This document shows positions 1-10,748 of a stretch of DNA of 64,000 nt, piece after piece. The stretch comes from Acidobacteriaceae bacterium (GTDB taxonomy: Bacteria > Acidobacteriota > Terriglobia > Terriglobales > Acidobacteriaceae), in NCBI GenBank assembly GCA_025352065.1, contig JANXUC010000011.1, positions 517-64,516 on the forward strand, given 5' to 3'. Both the position numbers and the translations under genes were made by a program. The notes under the pieces were generated by a model. That model did no database searches and was not told the DNA's origin. It was given only the letters and a program-made list of their open reading frames with translations. Position 1 is the stretch's first letter. Each line of letters opens with the position of its first letter.

Positions 1-2
1 TG

Positions 3-728
3 GAATATCAAGTGCGCGTGCCCTTTTGGGAAGCCATTCGGGGCGGCGTGATTCGTCTCAACATTTCGCGGCGTGACACCTGCCAAACCTGCCACGGTAG
101 CGGCATCATCGAATCTCCCGGCATGTGCCGCCAATGCGGAGGCTCCGGGCAAATCACACAAACCGGCGGACGGATGAAGTTCAACACCGCCTGTCCGAAT
201 TGCCACGGCACAGGCAAGAACATCACGACTTGCCACACCTGCGGCGGCGAAGGCGCCTTGAATCGCACCGAGCCCATGGAAGTTCGTATCAAAGCTGGAA
301 CGCGCGACGGCCAGCGTATCCGTCTGGCGGGCAAGGGCAATGCCGGAGTCCGCGGAGGCACACATGGCGACCTGTTCGTGATTATCCGTGCCGGAGATCA
401 CCCAATTTTTCGCCGCGACGGCGACGATATTTACTTGACCGTCCCAATCAACGCCACGGAAGCCGCGCTTGGCGCGAAGATTGAGGTTCCCACCATCGAT
501 GGCCGAGCCTTGCTCAAAATTCCTCCCGGCACAGCGTCGGGTCAAAAACTTCGTTTGCGGGAGAAGGGTGTAGCGTCGGCCTCAAAAGAGGGAATTCGTG
601 GCGATGAGATCGTGGAAATCCAGATCACCGTCCCCATGCCTCGCGACGAACGCACGAAAGAGCTGCTCAGAGAACTCGCACAGTTGAATCCGGAAGACCC
701 TCGCGCAGAGTTGTGGAGCAAAGTCTAA
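3..728 (+). CDS. dnaJ: Chaperone DnaJ, C-terminal part (5' end outside window)
   Basis: The frame is open to the window edge. It has four CxxCxGxG zinc-finger repeats (CQTCHGSG, CRQCGGSG, CPNCHGTG, CHTCGGEG) followed by DnaJ C-terminal domains. Confidence 0.9.
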   Translation, partial: EYQVRVPFWEAIRGGVIRLNISRRDTCQTCHGSGIIESPGMCRQCGGSGQITQTGGRMKFNTACPNCHGTGKNITTCHTCGGEGALNRTEPMEVRIKAGTRDGQRIRLAGKGNAGVRGGTHGDLFVIIRAGDHPIFRRDGDDIYLTVPINATEAALGAKIEVPTIDGRALLKIPPGTASGQKLRLREKGVASASKEGIRGDEIVEIQITVPMPRDERTKELLRELAQLNPEDPRAELWSKV

Positions 729-818
729 TAACGCCGCAGCAGTGACTATGGTGTTGGACGGAAGCTGACCGACTAAGCTAGAATCAAGAGATTCCATCCG
801 CAAGAAGCTTCAACAAGT

Positions 819-894
819 GGGCCTGTGGCGCAGCTGGGAGCGCGCTTCCATGGCATGGAAGAGGTCGTCGGTTCGATCCCGACCAGGTCCACCA
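819..894 (+). tRNA. tRNA-Ala (anticodon GGC), CCA encoded
   Basis: The cloverleaf is readable by eye. Acceptor GGGCCTG/CAGGTCC carries the G3:U70 alanine identity pair. Anticodon stem is CTTCC/GGAAG with loop ATGGCAT, T-loop is GGTTCGATCC, and the 3' end is ACCA. Confidence 0.9.
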
Positions 895-974
895 TCTTTT
901 CAACAAGTTAGCGATACCCTCCTTTCCTGTTTGGTGTCATTTGGTGTCAAAAACGCGTCGGACTTCGCCAAACT

Positions 975-1571
975 GTGAAGCGACACAAGGGACCTTGCGC
1001 GAGAGAGCCTGCCTATCGGCAATGTCCGAATCAAGCCGCCAGTGACGACCAAGAATTGTTCCGACAACAAAGACTTGATGATCCGCATTGGGAGGGCAAG
1101 CAGCTTCGGGTTGCAGTGGGTCGGGCTGTCCAAACCCACGATGGAATGACAGTAGTGTTCTCTGTTCTTAATTCCTCTTCCCGAACTATCGAGCTGTTGC
1201 CGCCCCAAATACAGCTTGCTGGAAAATCGAAGGACCAACATAGCAAGACGATCAAGGCCGAGCCGGTGGCTATCAAGGACTACCGATTGACCGCGCGGCG
1301 CCAGGTGCGAGGGCGGACGGAGTTGTCATCTTCGAACGTCCAAGCTTTAGGCAGGCTGTCGAAGCTAGCAGTCAGCCAGCACATCGTGGTTACAATTTCG
1401 GCCGATACCCCGATCTATGTCGTGCTGGAGCAGACGCCAAGATCGAAGGCGTCTTCGGTCCAATCAGGATTGCGTAGTACGCAGCCAGGCAACGCGGCGA
1501 ACGCTGAGGAACTTCGACAGCTATTGCAGTTGCAGCGCGAGCTGAATCAGTCGGGTGCAACCACAAAGTGA
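975..1571 (+). pseudogene. Decayed ORF of unknown family (probable frameshifted remnant)
   Basis: A 198-aa ORF without a convincing start context. Near 1270-1290 a second frame continues with protein-like sequence (..APGARADGVVIFERPSF..). It lies directly 3' of tRNA-Ala and overlaps the next fragment. Confidence 0.3.
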
Positions 1572-1906
1572 AGGCGATGGGGAAGACTGACCTCGGCGAT
1601 GAATTCGGCCAATGGCATGGCACGGGAATCGATGCCATGATTCGGCCCGAGGTTCGTCTGCACGTAAGGTGGAATCAATTCGATGACCTCGGTCTCAGTC
1701 TTCTGAATCTGGAATCGCAGAGAGAGCGTGTAGGAGTGCATCGCCGCCTTCGTCGCGCTGTAGGTTGGCACAAAAGCGCCCGGCAGGAAGCCAGCCCTGA
1801 CGTTACATTCATGATGGTTGAGCCTGCCTGTTCCTGCAAAAATGGAAGTAAGAGCAGCCGTCAGGCGGATGGGACCGAGGAGATTGGTGGTCACCATTGC
1901 TTCCAT
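1547..1906 (-). pseudogene. Short-chain dehydrogenase/reductase, C-terminal fragment only
   Basis: It contains the SDR catalytic YxxxK (YSATKAAMHSYTLSL) and the downstream PPYVQT segment. The whole N-terminal Rossmann (TGxxxGxG) half is missing, and the region before the Tyr looks corrupted. Confidence 0.6.
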
Positions 1907-2356
1907 TTCAGTAAATACTTGCAGACGCCAAGGTTTCGCGGGGTTATTTCATTGATTCCGATGGAAGTTAAGCTGGAGCACCTTCTCGACGACGGAGATT
2001 CGCCGGATATTCCGATGCCCGTCTATATTGGTTACCTGAACGAGATTCGGCGGGTGGCTAAAGAAGAGCACTAGCCCACTTGTAGTAGGGCCAACTGGCT
2101 TTGATTTTCTACTGCGTTTGAGACTCCCTCAGTTCTAACTCTGTACCAGTGCTCAGCTGGCGGCCCCTCCTGAAGCTTTCAATCTGAATCGAAGCAGAGA
2201 GCTAGCGGTGAGCCTAAGCGGAGCCCTTCGTGCGTCCCCCAGGCTCATGAAGCTGCCCCGCCGGACGATGTAGAGGGAGTCAGACTAACAGTCAGCAGGC
2301 TCCATGCGCCTGCTATCTGCCCACTTTTCGAAACCACTGCAGATCAGAGGAAACCG

Positions 2357-4798
2357 ATGAGCGACAGCGACATCGTCCAGGATTTTTTGGTCGAGAGTTC
2401 CGAGAATTTGGACCGGTTAGACCGCGACTTGGTCGGCCTGGAAAAGAATCCTCGCGACAAAGAAGCGTTGGCGGGCGTGTTTCGGACGATTCACACAATT
2501 AAGGGTACCTGCGGATTCCTGGGCTTCAGCAAGCTGGAAAAAGTGGCGCATGTGGGAGAAAACCTGCTGACACGCTTACGCGATGGGCAACTCGCGCTGA
2601 ATCCAGAGCTTACGACTGCCCTGCTGGGCATGGTGGATGCCGTGCGTCAGATGCTGAAGGAAATCCAGGCCAGCGGTCAGGACGGAGAGGAAGACTATCC
2701 GGAGCTGCGCGAGACGCTGACGCGGCTGCTGACTCCGGACACCGCGGAACTGGCGAGAGATAAAGATATGGACCAAGCCGTCGGGGCTGTTTCCGCAGCG
2801 ACCGAAACCCAGCCGCCAGACGCTGAGCGGTTCAAGGTCGTGAGCGAGGACGCTACTCTGTCGCCAATAGGGAATCCGGTTCCGGTCAAAGTCGCGAAAA
2901 AGAAAGCAAAAACCATCGCTGTGGTGGGAGAGATGGAAGAATCGGCGCGGAACGGCGAATTGCCGGCGGCCACTGGGCCCTCGAAGGCTGAGGGTATGGT
3001 TCTTCCAGCGGGTGGGCCGCAGGTTTTGGAGACAAAACAGCGCGACCCCGCTCCTGAAACCATTCGGGTTGGCGTCAATTTGCTGGACAAGCTGATGACG
3101 CTGGTCGGCGAGTTAGTTTTGGCGCGCAACCAGTTGTTGCAACTGGCCAATACCGTGGAAAACCCTGGCTTGCAAGCGGTTTCGCAACGCATGAACCTGA
3201 TCGCGACCGAGTTGCAGGAAGAAGTGATGAAGACCCGTATGCAGCCCATTGGCAACATCTGGGGCCAGTTCCCCCGCACGGTGCGGGATGTAGCGCTGGG
3301 GTGCGGCAAGCAGGTCAACATTGAGATGGAAGGCAAAGAGACGGAGATCGACAAGACCATTATCGAGGCCATTAAAGATCCGCTGACCCATCTGGTGCGC
3401 AATTCCGTCGACCACGGCATTGAACTCCCACAGGACCGCGTCAAGGCGGGCAAGCATCCGGCGGGACGCCTGATTCTGCGGGCGTTTCATGAAGGTGGAC
3501 AGGTCAATATCGAGATCAGTGACGATGGCTGCGGCCTGAATAAGGACCGCATCCGCGACAAAGCCATGGAGCGGGGCCTGATCACGGCCGAGCAGGCTGG
3601 GCGGATGTCGGAACGCGAGGTCTTCAACCTGATTTTCCTGCCTGGGTTTTCTACGGCTGCGAAGGTGACGAACGTCTCCGGCCGCGGCGTGGGAATGGAT
3701 GTCGTCAAGACGAATGTCGAGAAGATCGGTGGCGTGGTGGATGTCCACTCGAAAGCGGGGCAAGGTACCACGATTCGAGTGAAGATTCCATTGACTTTAG
3801 CCATCATTCCGGCGCTGGTGGTGACCTGCGGGGGAGACCGTTATGCGATTCCCCAAGTCAGTTTGCTGGAACTGGTCCGGCTGGAACCGGAGCATGCCCG
3901 CACCGCGATTGAAATGGTGCATGGCGCTCCCGTGTACCGGTTGCGTGGGCGGTTGTTGCCGTTGGTGTACCTGGACCGCGAGCTGCAGCTTGCGGACGAT
4001 TCCGCAGCGGAGTGGAGGCAGCACAGCGCCGTCAACATCGTAGTGCTGCAGGCGGATGGCCGGCAATTCGGTCTGGTGGTGGATCGCATCAACGATACCG
4101 AAGAAATTGTGGTGAAGCCGTTACGCAAGCAACTGAAGACGGTGAAAACCTTTGCCGGGTCTAGCATTATGGGGGACGGCAAAGTGGCGTTGATTCTGGA
4201 TGTGCTTGGCTTAGCCCAGCGTGCCAGCGTGGTGACGGAAACACGGGACAAGGCTTTGGTTGAAAAGGCGGCGGAGTCGTCGGTGGAGGCCGGGAAACAG
4301 ACTTTCCTGTTGTTTGCCGGGTTGGGCGATTCCCGCATGGCGATTCCGCTGAGCGCGCTGGCGCGCCTGGAAGAATTTCCCGTCTCGCAGGTGGAAATGT
4401 CGGGGACGCAGTGGGTGACGCAATATCGCGGTCAGATTCTGCCATTGATCCGTCTGAGCCTGATTATGCAGGAGCGGCGCAACAAACTGCGCGGATTGCA
4501 GGAGCTGCCAGCGGCGGATGGGGGGCCGATTCAGGTTCTGGTGCTGCATCACGAGAAGCAAAGGTTTGGTCTAGTGGTGGACCGGATTCTGGATATTGTC
4601 GAAGACATGGCGGACGTTCAGTCGCCTCCGACGCGCCCCGCAGTGATTTATTCGGTGGTGATTGGCAACAGGGTCACGGAACTGCTGGATATCGCGGCCA
4701 TTTTGCAGATCAGTGGCACCAAGACAGGTCCGTCGAATGCAAATGGTTCTTCGACCGCAACGGGTTCGGCGCTGAAGAGCGCCGGGGGAGGGAACTAA
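2357..4798 (+). CDS. cheA: Chemotaxis histidine kinase CheA with two C-terminal CheW-like domains
   Basis: HPt motif FRTIHTIKG is present. The dimerisation and HATPase_c regions carry the N box (HLVRNSVDHG), DDGCG and GRGVGMD. Two CheW-like modules follow (..GGDRYAIPQVSLLELV.. and ..FLLFAGLGDSRMAIPLSALARL..). Confidence 0.93.
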   Translation: MSDSDIVQDFLVESSENLDRLDRDLVGLEKNPRDKEALAGVFRTIHTIKGTCGFLGFSKLEKVAHVGENLLTRLRDGQLALNPELTTALLGMVDAVRQMLKEIQASGQDGEEDYPELRETLTRLLTPDTAELARDKDMDQAVGAVSAATETQPPDAERFKVVSEDATLSPIGNPVPVKVAKKKAKTIAVVGEMEESARNGELPAATGPSKAEGMVLPAGGPQVLETKQRDPAPETIRVGVNLLDKLMTLVGELVLARNQLLQLANTVENPGLQAVSQRMNLIATELQEEVMKTRMQPIGNIWGQFPRTVRDVALGCGKQVNIEMEGKETEIDKTIIEAIKDPLTHLVRNSVDHGIELPQDRVKAGKHPAGRLILRAFHEGGQVNIEISDDGCGLNKDRIRDKAMERGLITAEQAGRMSEREVFNLIFLPGFSTAAKVTNVSGRGVGMDVVKTNVEKIGGVVDVHSKAGQGTTIRVKIPLTLAIIPALVVTCGGDRYAIPQVSLLELVRLEPEHARTAIEMVHGAPVYRLRGRLLPLVYLDRELQLADDSAAEWRQHSAVNIVVLQADGRQFGLVVDRINDTEEIVVKPLRKQLKTVKTFAGSSIMGDGKVALILDVLGLAQRASVVTETRDKALVEKAAESSVEAGKQTFLLFAGLGDSRMAIPLSALARLEEFPVSQVEMSGTQWVTQYRGQILPLIRLSLIMQERRNKLRGLQELPAADGGPIQVLVLHHEKQRFGLVVDRILDIVEDMADVQSPPTRPAVIYSVVIGNRVTELLDIAAILQISGTKTGPSNANGSSTATGSALKSAGGGN

Positions 4799-4801
4799 GT
4801 C

Positions 4802-5254
4802 ATGGCCCAGACTTCACAATTCTGTACGTTTTACCTCGACAAACTGCTGTTTGGCGTGGAATTGAAGGGCGTTCAGGAAGTGATTCGCTCGCTGGATATG
4901 ACGAAGGTCCCGTTGGCGCCTTCGGTAGTGAGCGGACTCATCAACTTGCGGGGACAGATTGTGACGGCGGTCGATTTGCGGCGGCGGCTGGAACTAAAAC
5001 CTCGCGCGGCGGGATTGCGCGCCATGAACGTGGTGGTGCGCTCCGAAGATGGCGCCATCAGTTTGCTGGTCGACGAAATTGGCGATGTCGTGGAAGTCGA
5101 CGAGGGCACCTTCGAGCCGTCTCCGGAGACGTTGCGAGGGTCGGTGCGGACCATGATTCTGGGCGTTCACAAACTGGAAAACCAGTTGCTGCATGTGCTG
5201 GATATCGAGAAAGCGTGCCAGATGAGCGATGTGGGAGCGGTGGCGGGGGACTGA
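4802..5254 (+). CDS. cheW: Coupling protein CheW
   Basis: A 150-aa single CheW domain (FCTFYLDKLLFGVEL..LINLRGQIVTAVDLR). A GGGAGG RBS lies upstream, and the gene starts 3 nt after the cheA stop. Confidence 0.9.
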   Translation: MAQTSQFCTFYLDKLLFGVELKGVQEVIRSLDMTKVPLAPSVVSGLINLRGQIVTAVDLRRRLELKPRAAGLRAMNVVVRSEDGAISLLVDEIGDVVEVDEGTFEPSPETLRGSVRTMILGVHKLENQLLHVLDIEKACQMSDVGAVAGD

Positions 5255-5363
5255 TCGCCCGCCGCTGCAATGGGCGAAACTGTCCCGGCGGCAGTCTGGT
5301 AAATGATTCGCAACTACGCGGCACAAAGCGGAACAAATTTCGAATTGGAAAGAAGATCTCGAC

Positions 5364-7016
5364 ATGAAGAACTTAACCGTTAAAGCCAAGCTCTCGCTGC
5401 TGGTAGCGGTATCGGTAGTTGGGCTGTTGAGTTTCACCGCCGTCGCCTTTTTGACTTTGCAAACCCTGCAACCCACCGGGCCTCTCTACAAGGACATTAA
5501 GCTGGGCCAGGCCATAGTGGCCGACTTCGTCCCTCCCGCGGAGAGTATTTCCTATGTAGTTGCCATTCTGGGGGAGATGGAGGAGTCGGCCGACCGTGCG
5601 ACGACGGAATTGAGAGTGGCGGAGTTTCGGCAGGCCCGCAAGGACTTCGAAGAGCGCCACGCCTATTACCTACAGACCGTGCCCGAGAGCAGGTTTAAGA
5701 ACTTGATGGTGGGCAGTTGCTACACGGCCGCTCATCAGTGGTTTGATCTGGCCGAGACCGAGTTTGTGCCAGCAATCCTGAAGGGCAACAAAAAAGAGGC
5801 TCATGACATCCGGGCGAGAAAGCTTGCCCCCCTGTATGCGCAGCACGGGGAGGCGGTCGATGAGATCGTCAAATTGGCGAACGAAATGGTTCGCCAAGGC
5901 GAAGAGCACGAGGCCGCTGTGACGGCTGTGCGAATCAAGATGATGGTCGCGGTGGGCGTCACCATTCTCTTGATCGTTGTGGTGCTGGGCTACGGGACCG
6001 CTCGGGGAATACTAGGTCCCCTCAACAAAACCCTGATCGTTCTGCGAGCGCTGGCGGAGGGAGACTTGCGTCAGCAGGTCGAAGTAGATTCCAACGACGA
6101 GATTGGCACCATGGGGCGAGCGCTGAATAAAGCGATCGAGGGTATGTCCAGTACGATTCGTGCAATCTCGAATTCGGCGATTCAGGTTGGCAGCGCCAGC
6201 GAAGAGCTTTCCACCACGAGCCAGCAGATTACGGCCAATTCCGAGGAAACCTCGGCCCAGGCCAGAGTGGTGTCGGACGCAACTTTGCAGGTCAGCCAGA
6301 ACCTGCAAACGGTCGCTACCGGGGCGGAGGAAATGGGCGCCAGCATCAAGGAAATTGCAAAGAACGCGACCGAAGCCGCCAAGATTGCGACCTCCGCGGT
6401 GAGAGTCGCCGAAACTACGACGGCGACGGTTTCGAAGCTGGGCGACTCTAGTACCGAGATTGGGTTGGTTATTAAGGTCATCACCTCCATCGCGCAGCAG
6501 ACCAATCTTTTAGCTCTGAACGCAACCATCGAAGCGGCGAGGGCCGGGGAAGCGGGGAAAGGTTTTGCCGTCGTTGCCAACGAAGTGAAAGAGCTAGCGA
6601 AAGAGACGGCCAAGGCGACGGAAGATATCAGCCGGAAGATCGAAGCGATTCAGGGAGATACGAAGGCGGCGGTGGAAGCGATTGCGTCGATTAGTACGGT
6701 GATCAACCAGATCAACGATATTTCGAGCACGATTGCCACGGCTGTGGAAGAACAGAACGCCACGACGAACGAGATGGCTCGGAATGTGAGTGAAGCGGCG
6801 CATGGCAGCGGAGAGATCACCAGCAACATAGCGGGAGTGGCGCAGGCGGCGGAGAGTACGTCGCGGGGAGCGACGGATACGCAGAAGGCGGCGCAGCAAC
6901 TGGTGGAGACGTCGGCGGAACTGCGACGGCTGGTGGAGCAATTCAAGATCGACGCAGGCGGCAACGGCGCGTCGGGCTCGAACAGCAGAAGCATGGCGGT
7001 GCACGCCAGCGCCTAG
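5364..7016 (+). CDS. Methyl-accepting chemotaxis protein (two TM segments, HAMP, MA domain)
   Basis: N-terminal TM, about 170-aa periplasmic region, second TM, then HAMP. The conserved signalling hairpin reads [37 protein letters not shown]. Confidence 0.92.
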   Translation: MKNLTVKAKLSLLVAVSVVGLLSFTAVAFLTLQTLQPTGPLYKDIKLGQAIVADFVPPAESISYVVAILGEMEESADRATTELRVAEFRQARKDFEERHAYYLQTVPESRFKNLMVGSCYTAAHQWFDLAETEFVPAILKGNKKEAHDIRARKLAPLYAQHGEAVDEIVKLANEMVRQGEEHEAAVTAVRIKMMVAVGVTILLIVVVLGYGTARGILGPLNKTLIVLRALAEGDLRQQVEVDSNDEIGTMGRALNKAIEGMSSTIRAISNSAIQVGSASEELSTTSQQITANSEETSAQARVVSDATLQVSQNLQTVATGAEEMGASIKEIAKNATEAAKIATSAVRVAETTTATVSKLGDSSTEIGLVIKVITSIAQQTNLLALNATIEAARAGEAGKGFAVVANEVKELAKETAKATEDISRKIEAIQGDTKAAVEAIASISTVINQINDISSTIATAVEEQNATTNEMARNVSEAAHGSGEITSNIAGVAQAAESTSRGATDTQKAAQQLVETSAELRRLVEQFKIDAGGNGASGSNSRSMAVHASA

Positions 7017-7058
7017 GTTCGCACGCCGTTCTGAAGCGGCAACGGAGAGAACTCGGTA

Positions 7059-8207
7059 ATGGCTCGCATTCGCGTCCTGGTCGTCGACGATTCAGTGGTA
7101 ATTCGCAAGCTGCTTGCCGAAACCTTGTCGGGGGATTCGGAAATCGAAGTCGTGGCCTCGGCCAGCGACGGTCGCATTGCGCTGGCAAAAATCGCGCAAC
7201 TGCATCCCGACCTGGTCACGCTCGATATTGAAATGCCGGTGATGAACGGTTTGGAGACGCTGGCGGAAATACGCAAGCTGTATGCTAAGTTGCCGGTGAT
7301 CATGTTCAGCACATTGACCGGACATGGAGCCGTAGCGACGCTGGAAGCGCTTTCGCTTGGGGCCTCGGACTATGCCACCAAGCCCAGCAATACGGGCAGT
7401 GCAGCCATAGCGATAGAAGCGGTGCGCGCTGAGTTGATCCCTAAGATCAAGGCTTTGTGCCGTGGTGCTGCCCCCAAATTCAAGTCCTTGCCACCCCCGC
7501 GCCCCGCAACGCGGACTCCCATACCCCGCAACCGACGGATTGAAATTGTGGCGATTGGCACCTCAACCGGAGGCCCGAATGCGCTGGCCGAGGTCCTGCC
7601 GCACATCCCGGAAGATTTCCCCGTTCCAATTGTTGTAGTGCAGCATATGCCACCCATCTTTACGCGGCTGCTGGCGGAACGTTTAGCCAGCCGTGCGGCA
7701 ATTTCGGTGCAAGAGGGTGTTGCGGGTACCGTCCTGGCAGCGGGCCGCTCCTGGATAGCGCCGGGAGATTTTCATATGAAGGTAAAACGGGTCGGGTTGG
7801 CTTGGCATCTGGAACTCAATCAGGAGGCTCAAGAAAATTCCTGTCGCCCGTCGGTCGATGTGCTCTTTCGCTCGGTAGCTGTGGCGTATGGAGGCAACGT
7901 CCTGGGAGTTGTGATGACAGGTATGGGTTCGGATGGCGTGATTGGGGCGCGGCATATTCGCGCCGCAGGCGGTGAGGTCATCATTCAAGATGAAGCCTCG
8001 TCCGTTGTTTGGGGCATGCCCGGCTTGGTGTGCGCGGCGGGCCAGGCGGACGGAGTTTATCCCTTGAACCGGCTAGTGCCCGAGATCGTCCGTCGTGTAA
8101 CGCAGAGCTGCTCGCAACTTGAGGCCTTAGCTTCAAGGACTGTTTCAGGTCGCGCAACCAGCCCGGCAGCCAGCAATCTAGATGCGTTGGAGGCGCGAAC
8201 AAAATGA
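7059..8207 (+). CDS. cheB: Chemotaxis response regulator protein-glutamate methylesterase CheB
   Basis: A REC domain ([16 protein letters not shown]) is followed by a CheB methylesterase domain ([21 protein letters not shown]). Confidence 0.93.
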   Translation: MARIRVLVVDDSVVIRKLLAETLSGDSEIEVVASASDGRIALAKIAQLHPDLVTLDIEMPVMNGLETLAEIRKLYAKLPVIMFSTLTGHGAVATLEALSLGASDYATKPSNTGSAAIAIEAVRAELIPKIKALCRGAAPKFKSLPPPRPATRTPIPRNRRIEIVAIGTSTGGPNALAEVLPHIPEDFPVPIVVVQHMPPIFTRLLAERLASRAAISVQEGVAGTVLAAGRSWIAPGDFHMKVKRVGLAWHLELNQEAQENSCRPSVDVLFRSVAVAYGGNVLGVVMTGMGSDGVIGARHIRAAGGEVIIQDEASSVVWGMPGLVCAAGQADGVYPLNRLVPEIVRRVTQSCSQLEALASRTVSGRATSPAASNLDALEARTK

Positions 8208-9112
8208 CGAGCGGCAACCCAAGCGTCCTCGCCAAGCCTGCCGTGATCAAGGCCGGTGAATCCATCGACCCTGTCTTCCGTCAGATTCGCGATATCGTAT
8301 ACAAAGCCTGTGGCATTTTCCAGCTTGACGAAAAACTCTACCTGTTGGTGGATGGCTGTGGACGCCGGATGAAACAGCTGGGGCTGACAAATTCGCGCGA
8401 CTACTGGAACCTATTAACGGCGCAGTCCAGCCGCGACGCAGAGCTTCGGCATCTCCTGAACGAGCTGACGATTGGCGAGACCAGTTTGTTTCGCAGCCAG
8501 CCACAAATTGACGCCTTGCGAAAAGTCATTCTGCCGGAGATAGCGGGTGAGAAGATCAAACAAATCACGAAGCGGCTGCGCATTTGGAGTGCGGGATGTT
8601 CGACAGGAGAAGAATCCTACACCTTGGCGATGAATATGCTTGAGGAAACAGAAGGCCTGTTGAAAGGCTGGACTATTGAAATTCTTGCCACGGATCTCAA
8701 CGACCGTTCCGTGGAGACCGCCAAGGCCGGCGTTTATGGCGACTACGCTTTGCGGTCCACCACGGATTACTTTAAGCGCAAATATTTCACCCCTTTGGAT
8801 GGCAAAAAATTGCAGGTGCAGCCGGAGGTTAAAAAGCTGATCACCTTCAGCCGTCTGAACCTGCAAGACGACTCCAAAATGCTGTTCATGAAGGGTATGG
8901 ATCTGATCTTCTGCTGCAATGTGCTGATCTATTTCGATGGCCCGTCGAAGTCCAAGGTCATCAACCACTTTTTCAGCAACTTGAACTTCGGCGGCTATTT
9001 CTTTCTTGGAACATCGGAATCGCTCTTGAAGTTGAACGACCAGTTTCATCTGGTACATTTTCCCGGGGCGATGGCTTATTGGAAGCCGTCCCTGAAGAGT
9101 GGCAAGCTATGA
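8204..9112 (+). CDS. cheR: Chemotaxis protein methyltransferase CheR
   Basis: ATGA overlap with the cheB stop. The CheR N-terminal helical domain is followed by a SAM-binding fold ([27 protein letters not shown]). Confidence 0.92.
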   Translation: MTSGNPSVLAKPAVIKAGESIDPVFRQIRDIVYKACGIFQLDEKLYLLVDGCGRRMKQLGLTNSRDYWNLLTAQSSRDAELRHLLNELTIGETSLFRSQPQIDALRKVILPEIAGEKIKQITKRLRIWSAGCSTGEESYTLAMNMLEETEGLLKGWTIEILATDLNDRSVETAKAGVYGDYALRSTTDYFKRKYFTPLDGKKLQVQPEVKKLITFSRLNLQDDSKMLFMKGMDLIFCCNVLIYFDGPSKSKVINHFFSNLNFGGYFFLGTSESLLKLNDQFHLVHFPGAMAYWKPSLKSGKL

Positions 9113-10044
9113 CCTTGGAAAATCATGAAGCGTGGCCAACTATGACGACGACTGTGACTGACAAAATTCGTGACCGCATCGAGCGCATTGTGACTACACC
9201 TTCGATCCCCGCAGTTTTCCTGCCCCTAGTGGATTTGCTGAGCGGACCCGCCGAGGAGGCCAATCTGGACGAGGTGGTTCGCCTGGTTTCCTATGACAAT
9301 GCTATTGCGGCGCAATGCCTGCGAGTGGCGAGTTCACCGCTGTTTGGGATGGTCAAGCCGCCGAAATCCATTGCCGCGGCGGTGATGACTCTAGGCTTGC
9401 AGCGGGTGGAAACCATTGTTCTCACCAGTTGCATGGGAGAGGCCTTTTCCAGGGAAAAGTGGGGTATCGATCCGGTCGCCTTTTGGAGGCACTCACTGGG
9501 GTGCGCGATGGTGTCGCGGAAGTTCAGCGAGAAGTTGGCGGGGGTTGATGGGGAACGCGCTTACATGGCAGGATTGCTGCACGACTTGGGATTTTTGGCC
9601 AGCAGCATGGCTTTTCCCGAGGAGTTTGCTGTGGCGGTCGAACGGGCGTGTCGCGAGCAGATTCCGCTGCACGAAGCGGAGCAGGCGACCATGGGATTCA
9701 CGCATTGCGAGACAGGGCGAGCTCTGGCCGAAAAATGGCATCTGGCTAAAGACATTCTCGATGTAATCGCACACCACCACGCGCCAACGCAGGCGGGCAG
9801 CGCCGGTTCGCTGGTAGCCCTCGTCCATCTAAGCGACGAACTGTGCCGGGTGCGAGGTCTCGATTACGGATACTATGAGCGCCACAAGGTCGATCTGATC
9901 TCCGACCCGGCGTGGTCCATTTTGCTGCAAGACCATCGTGATCTGGAAGGTGTAGACCTTGCGCGCTTTACATTTGAGCTGGATGAATCGGCTGCCAAAG
10001 TCGGCGAAATGGTATCCGCAATATTTGGGCCAGTCGCTGCGTAG
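9109..10044 (+). CDS. HDOD domain signalling protein
   Basis: HDOD signatures are present (LLHDLGFL, IAHHHAP, FTHCETGRALAEKW). The ATG at 9109 overlaps the cheR stop (ATGA). The six-frame track starts the ORF at a TTG at 9079. Confidence 0.8.
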   Translation: MTLENHEAWPTMTTTVTDKIRDRIERIVTTPSIPAVFLPLVDLLSGPAEEANLDEVVRLVSYDNAIAAQCLRVASSPLFGMVKPPKSIAAAVMTLGLQRVETIVLTSCMGEAFSREKWGIDPVAFWRHSLGCAMVSRKFSEKLAGVDGERAYMAGLLHDLGFLASSMAFPEEFAVAVERACREQIPLHEAEQATMGFTHCETGRALAEKWHLAKDILDVIAHHHAPTQAGSAGSLVALVHLSDELCRVRGLDYGYYERHKVDLISDPAWSILLQDHRDLEGVDLARFTFELDESAAKVGEMVSAIFGPVAA

Positions 10045-10262
10045 GGCACGCTGGCTCGGATCTTCGGAAAGGACGACACGGCTAGTTCTCTGGGTTGCCG
10101 AATTGGAAATTAAGATCGCGATTTTTCGAGGTTTTTGCTTTGAAGCGCGCGCCGGAGTCCCTACGCAGAATATTTCCGGCAGGCGATGGCAGGCGGATTT
10201 CAGCCACGTCGAAGCCTGTTGGGCAGCACCTACCGCGGGTCGGCGAGGGTCGAGCTTTGGGC

Positions 10263-10748
10263 CTAGCTGTCAACCTGCAGCGAAATCACAACTGGCGCGT
10301 TGTCAAAAAGCAACCTGAGCTCGACTGCGGCAGAGTTTTTCGGGGAGTGCATACTATAGTCGTCGCCCGTAATCACGGTAGGTACAGAGAGCATGCAGCT
10401 ATCGCCCAGCCCAGGTATCTTGTTTTTGAAGTTGCCAGCGACCATGTTGCAAATTTCCCCGAACGCGTCGCACATGTCCGGCCCAACGTTGGCAGGCTCG
10501 ACGCCCAGCATCTTGGAGGCCATGAGTAAAGCAGATTTTCGAGTACAGCGGATACTCATGACTCCGCAGAGTTGCCCGGCGAGACCGACCATGGCGGTGA
10601 TATCCAGAGTGCCTTCGGACACGGTTTCGGGTGTCGTCAACTTCGAACTCAGCATGAGTTCAAAAACCTCTCGTGTAGCGACTTCCAACATCGGAAGCCA
10701 GGTTTGCTGGCTGCCTTCAGTGGCTGGTGCTGTACCTGTGGTGTTCAC
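10263..10748 (-). CDS. cheX: CheX-family chemotaxis phosphatase
   Basis: A 161-aa CheX/CheC-like fold signature (AMVGLAGQLCGVMSI.., FGEICNMVAGNFKN). The GTG start overlaps the cheY stop (GTGA). Confidence 0.75.
   Translation of the reverse strand: MNTTGTAPATEGSQQTWLPMLEVATREVFELMLSSKLTTPETVSEGTLDITAMVGLAGQLCGVMSIRCTRKSALLMASKMLGVEPANVGPDMCDAFGEICNMVAGNFKNKIPGLGDSCMLSVPTVITGDDYSMHSPKNSAAVELRLLFDNAPVVISLQVDS

Noticed and set aside
2695-3763. Two long ORFs (252 and 216 aa) antisense to cheA.
   Set aside because: They lie entirely within a gene whose sense-strand product has unmistakable CheA motifs. Their translations are low-complexity (Ser/Arg/Ala-rich), which is typical of antisense frames in GC-rich DNA.
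5297-5312. A sigma-54-like sequence TGGTAAATGATTCGCA upstream of the mcp gene.
   Set aside because: The GG and GC spacing is correct but four other consensus positions mismatch. It could be chance in a 110-nt spacer.
4411-5367. A 318-aa plus-strand ORF spanning the cheA 3' end, cheW and the intergenic region.
   Set aside because: It is an alternative frame over two well-supported genes. The Gly/Arg/Ala-rich product has no motifs and there is no RBS.
8414-9058. A 214-aa ORF antisense to cheR.
   Set aside because: The sense strand encodes a complete CheR. The antisense product has no recognisable features.
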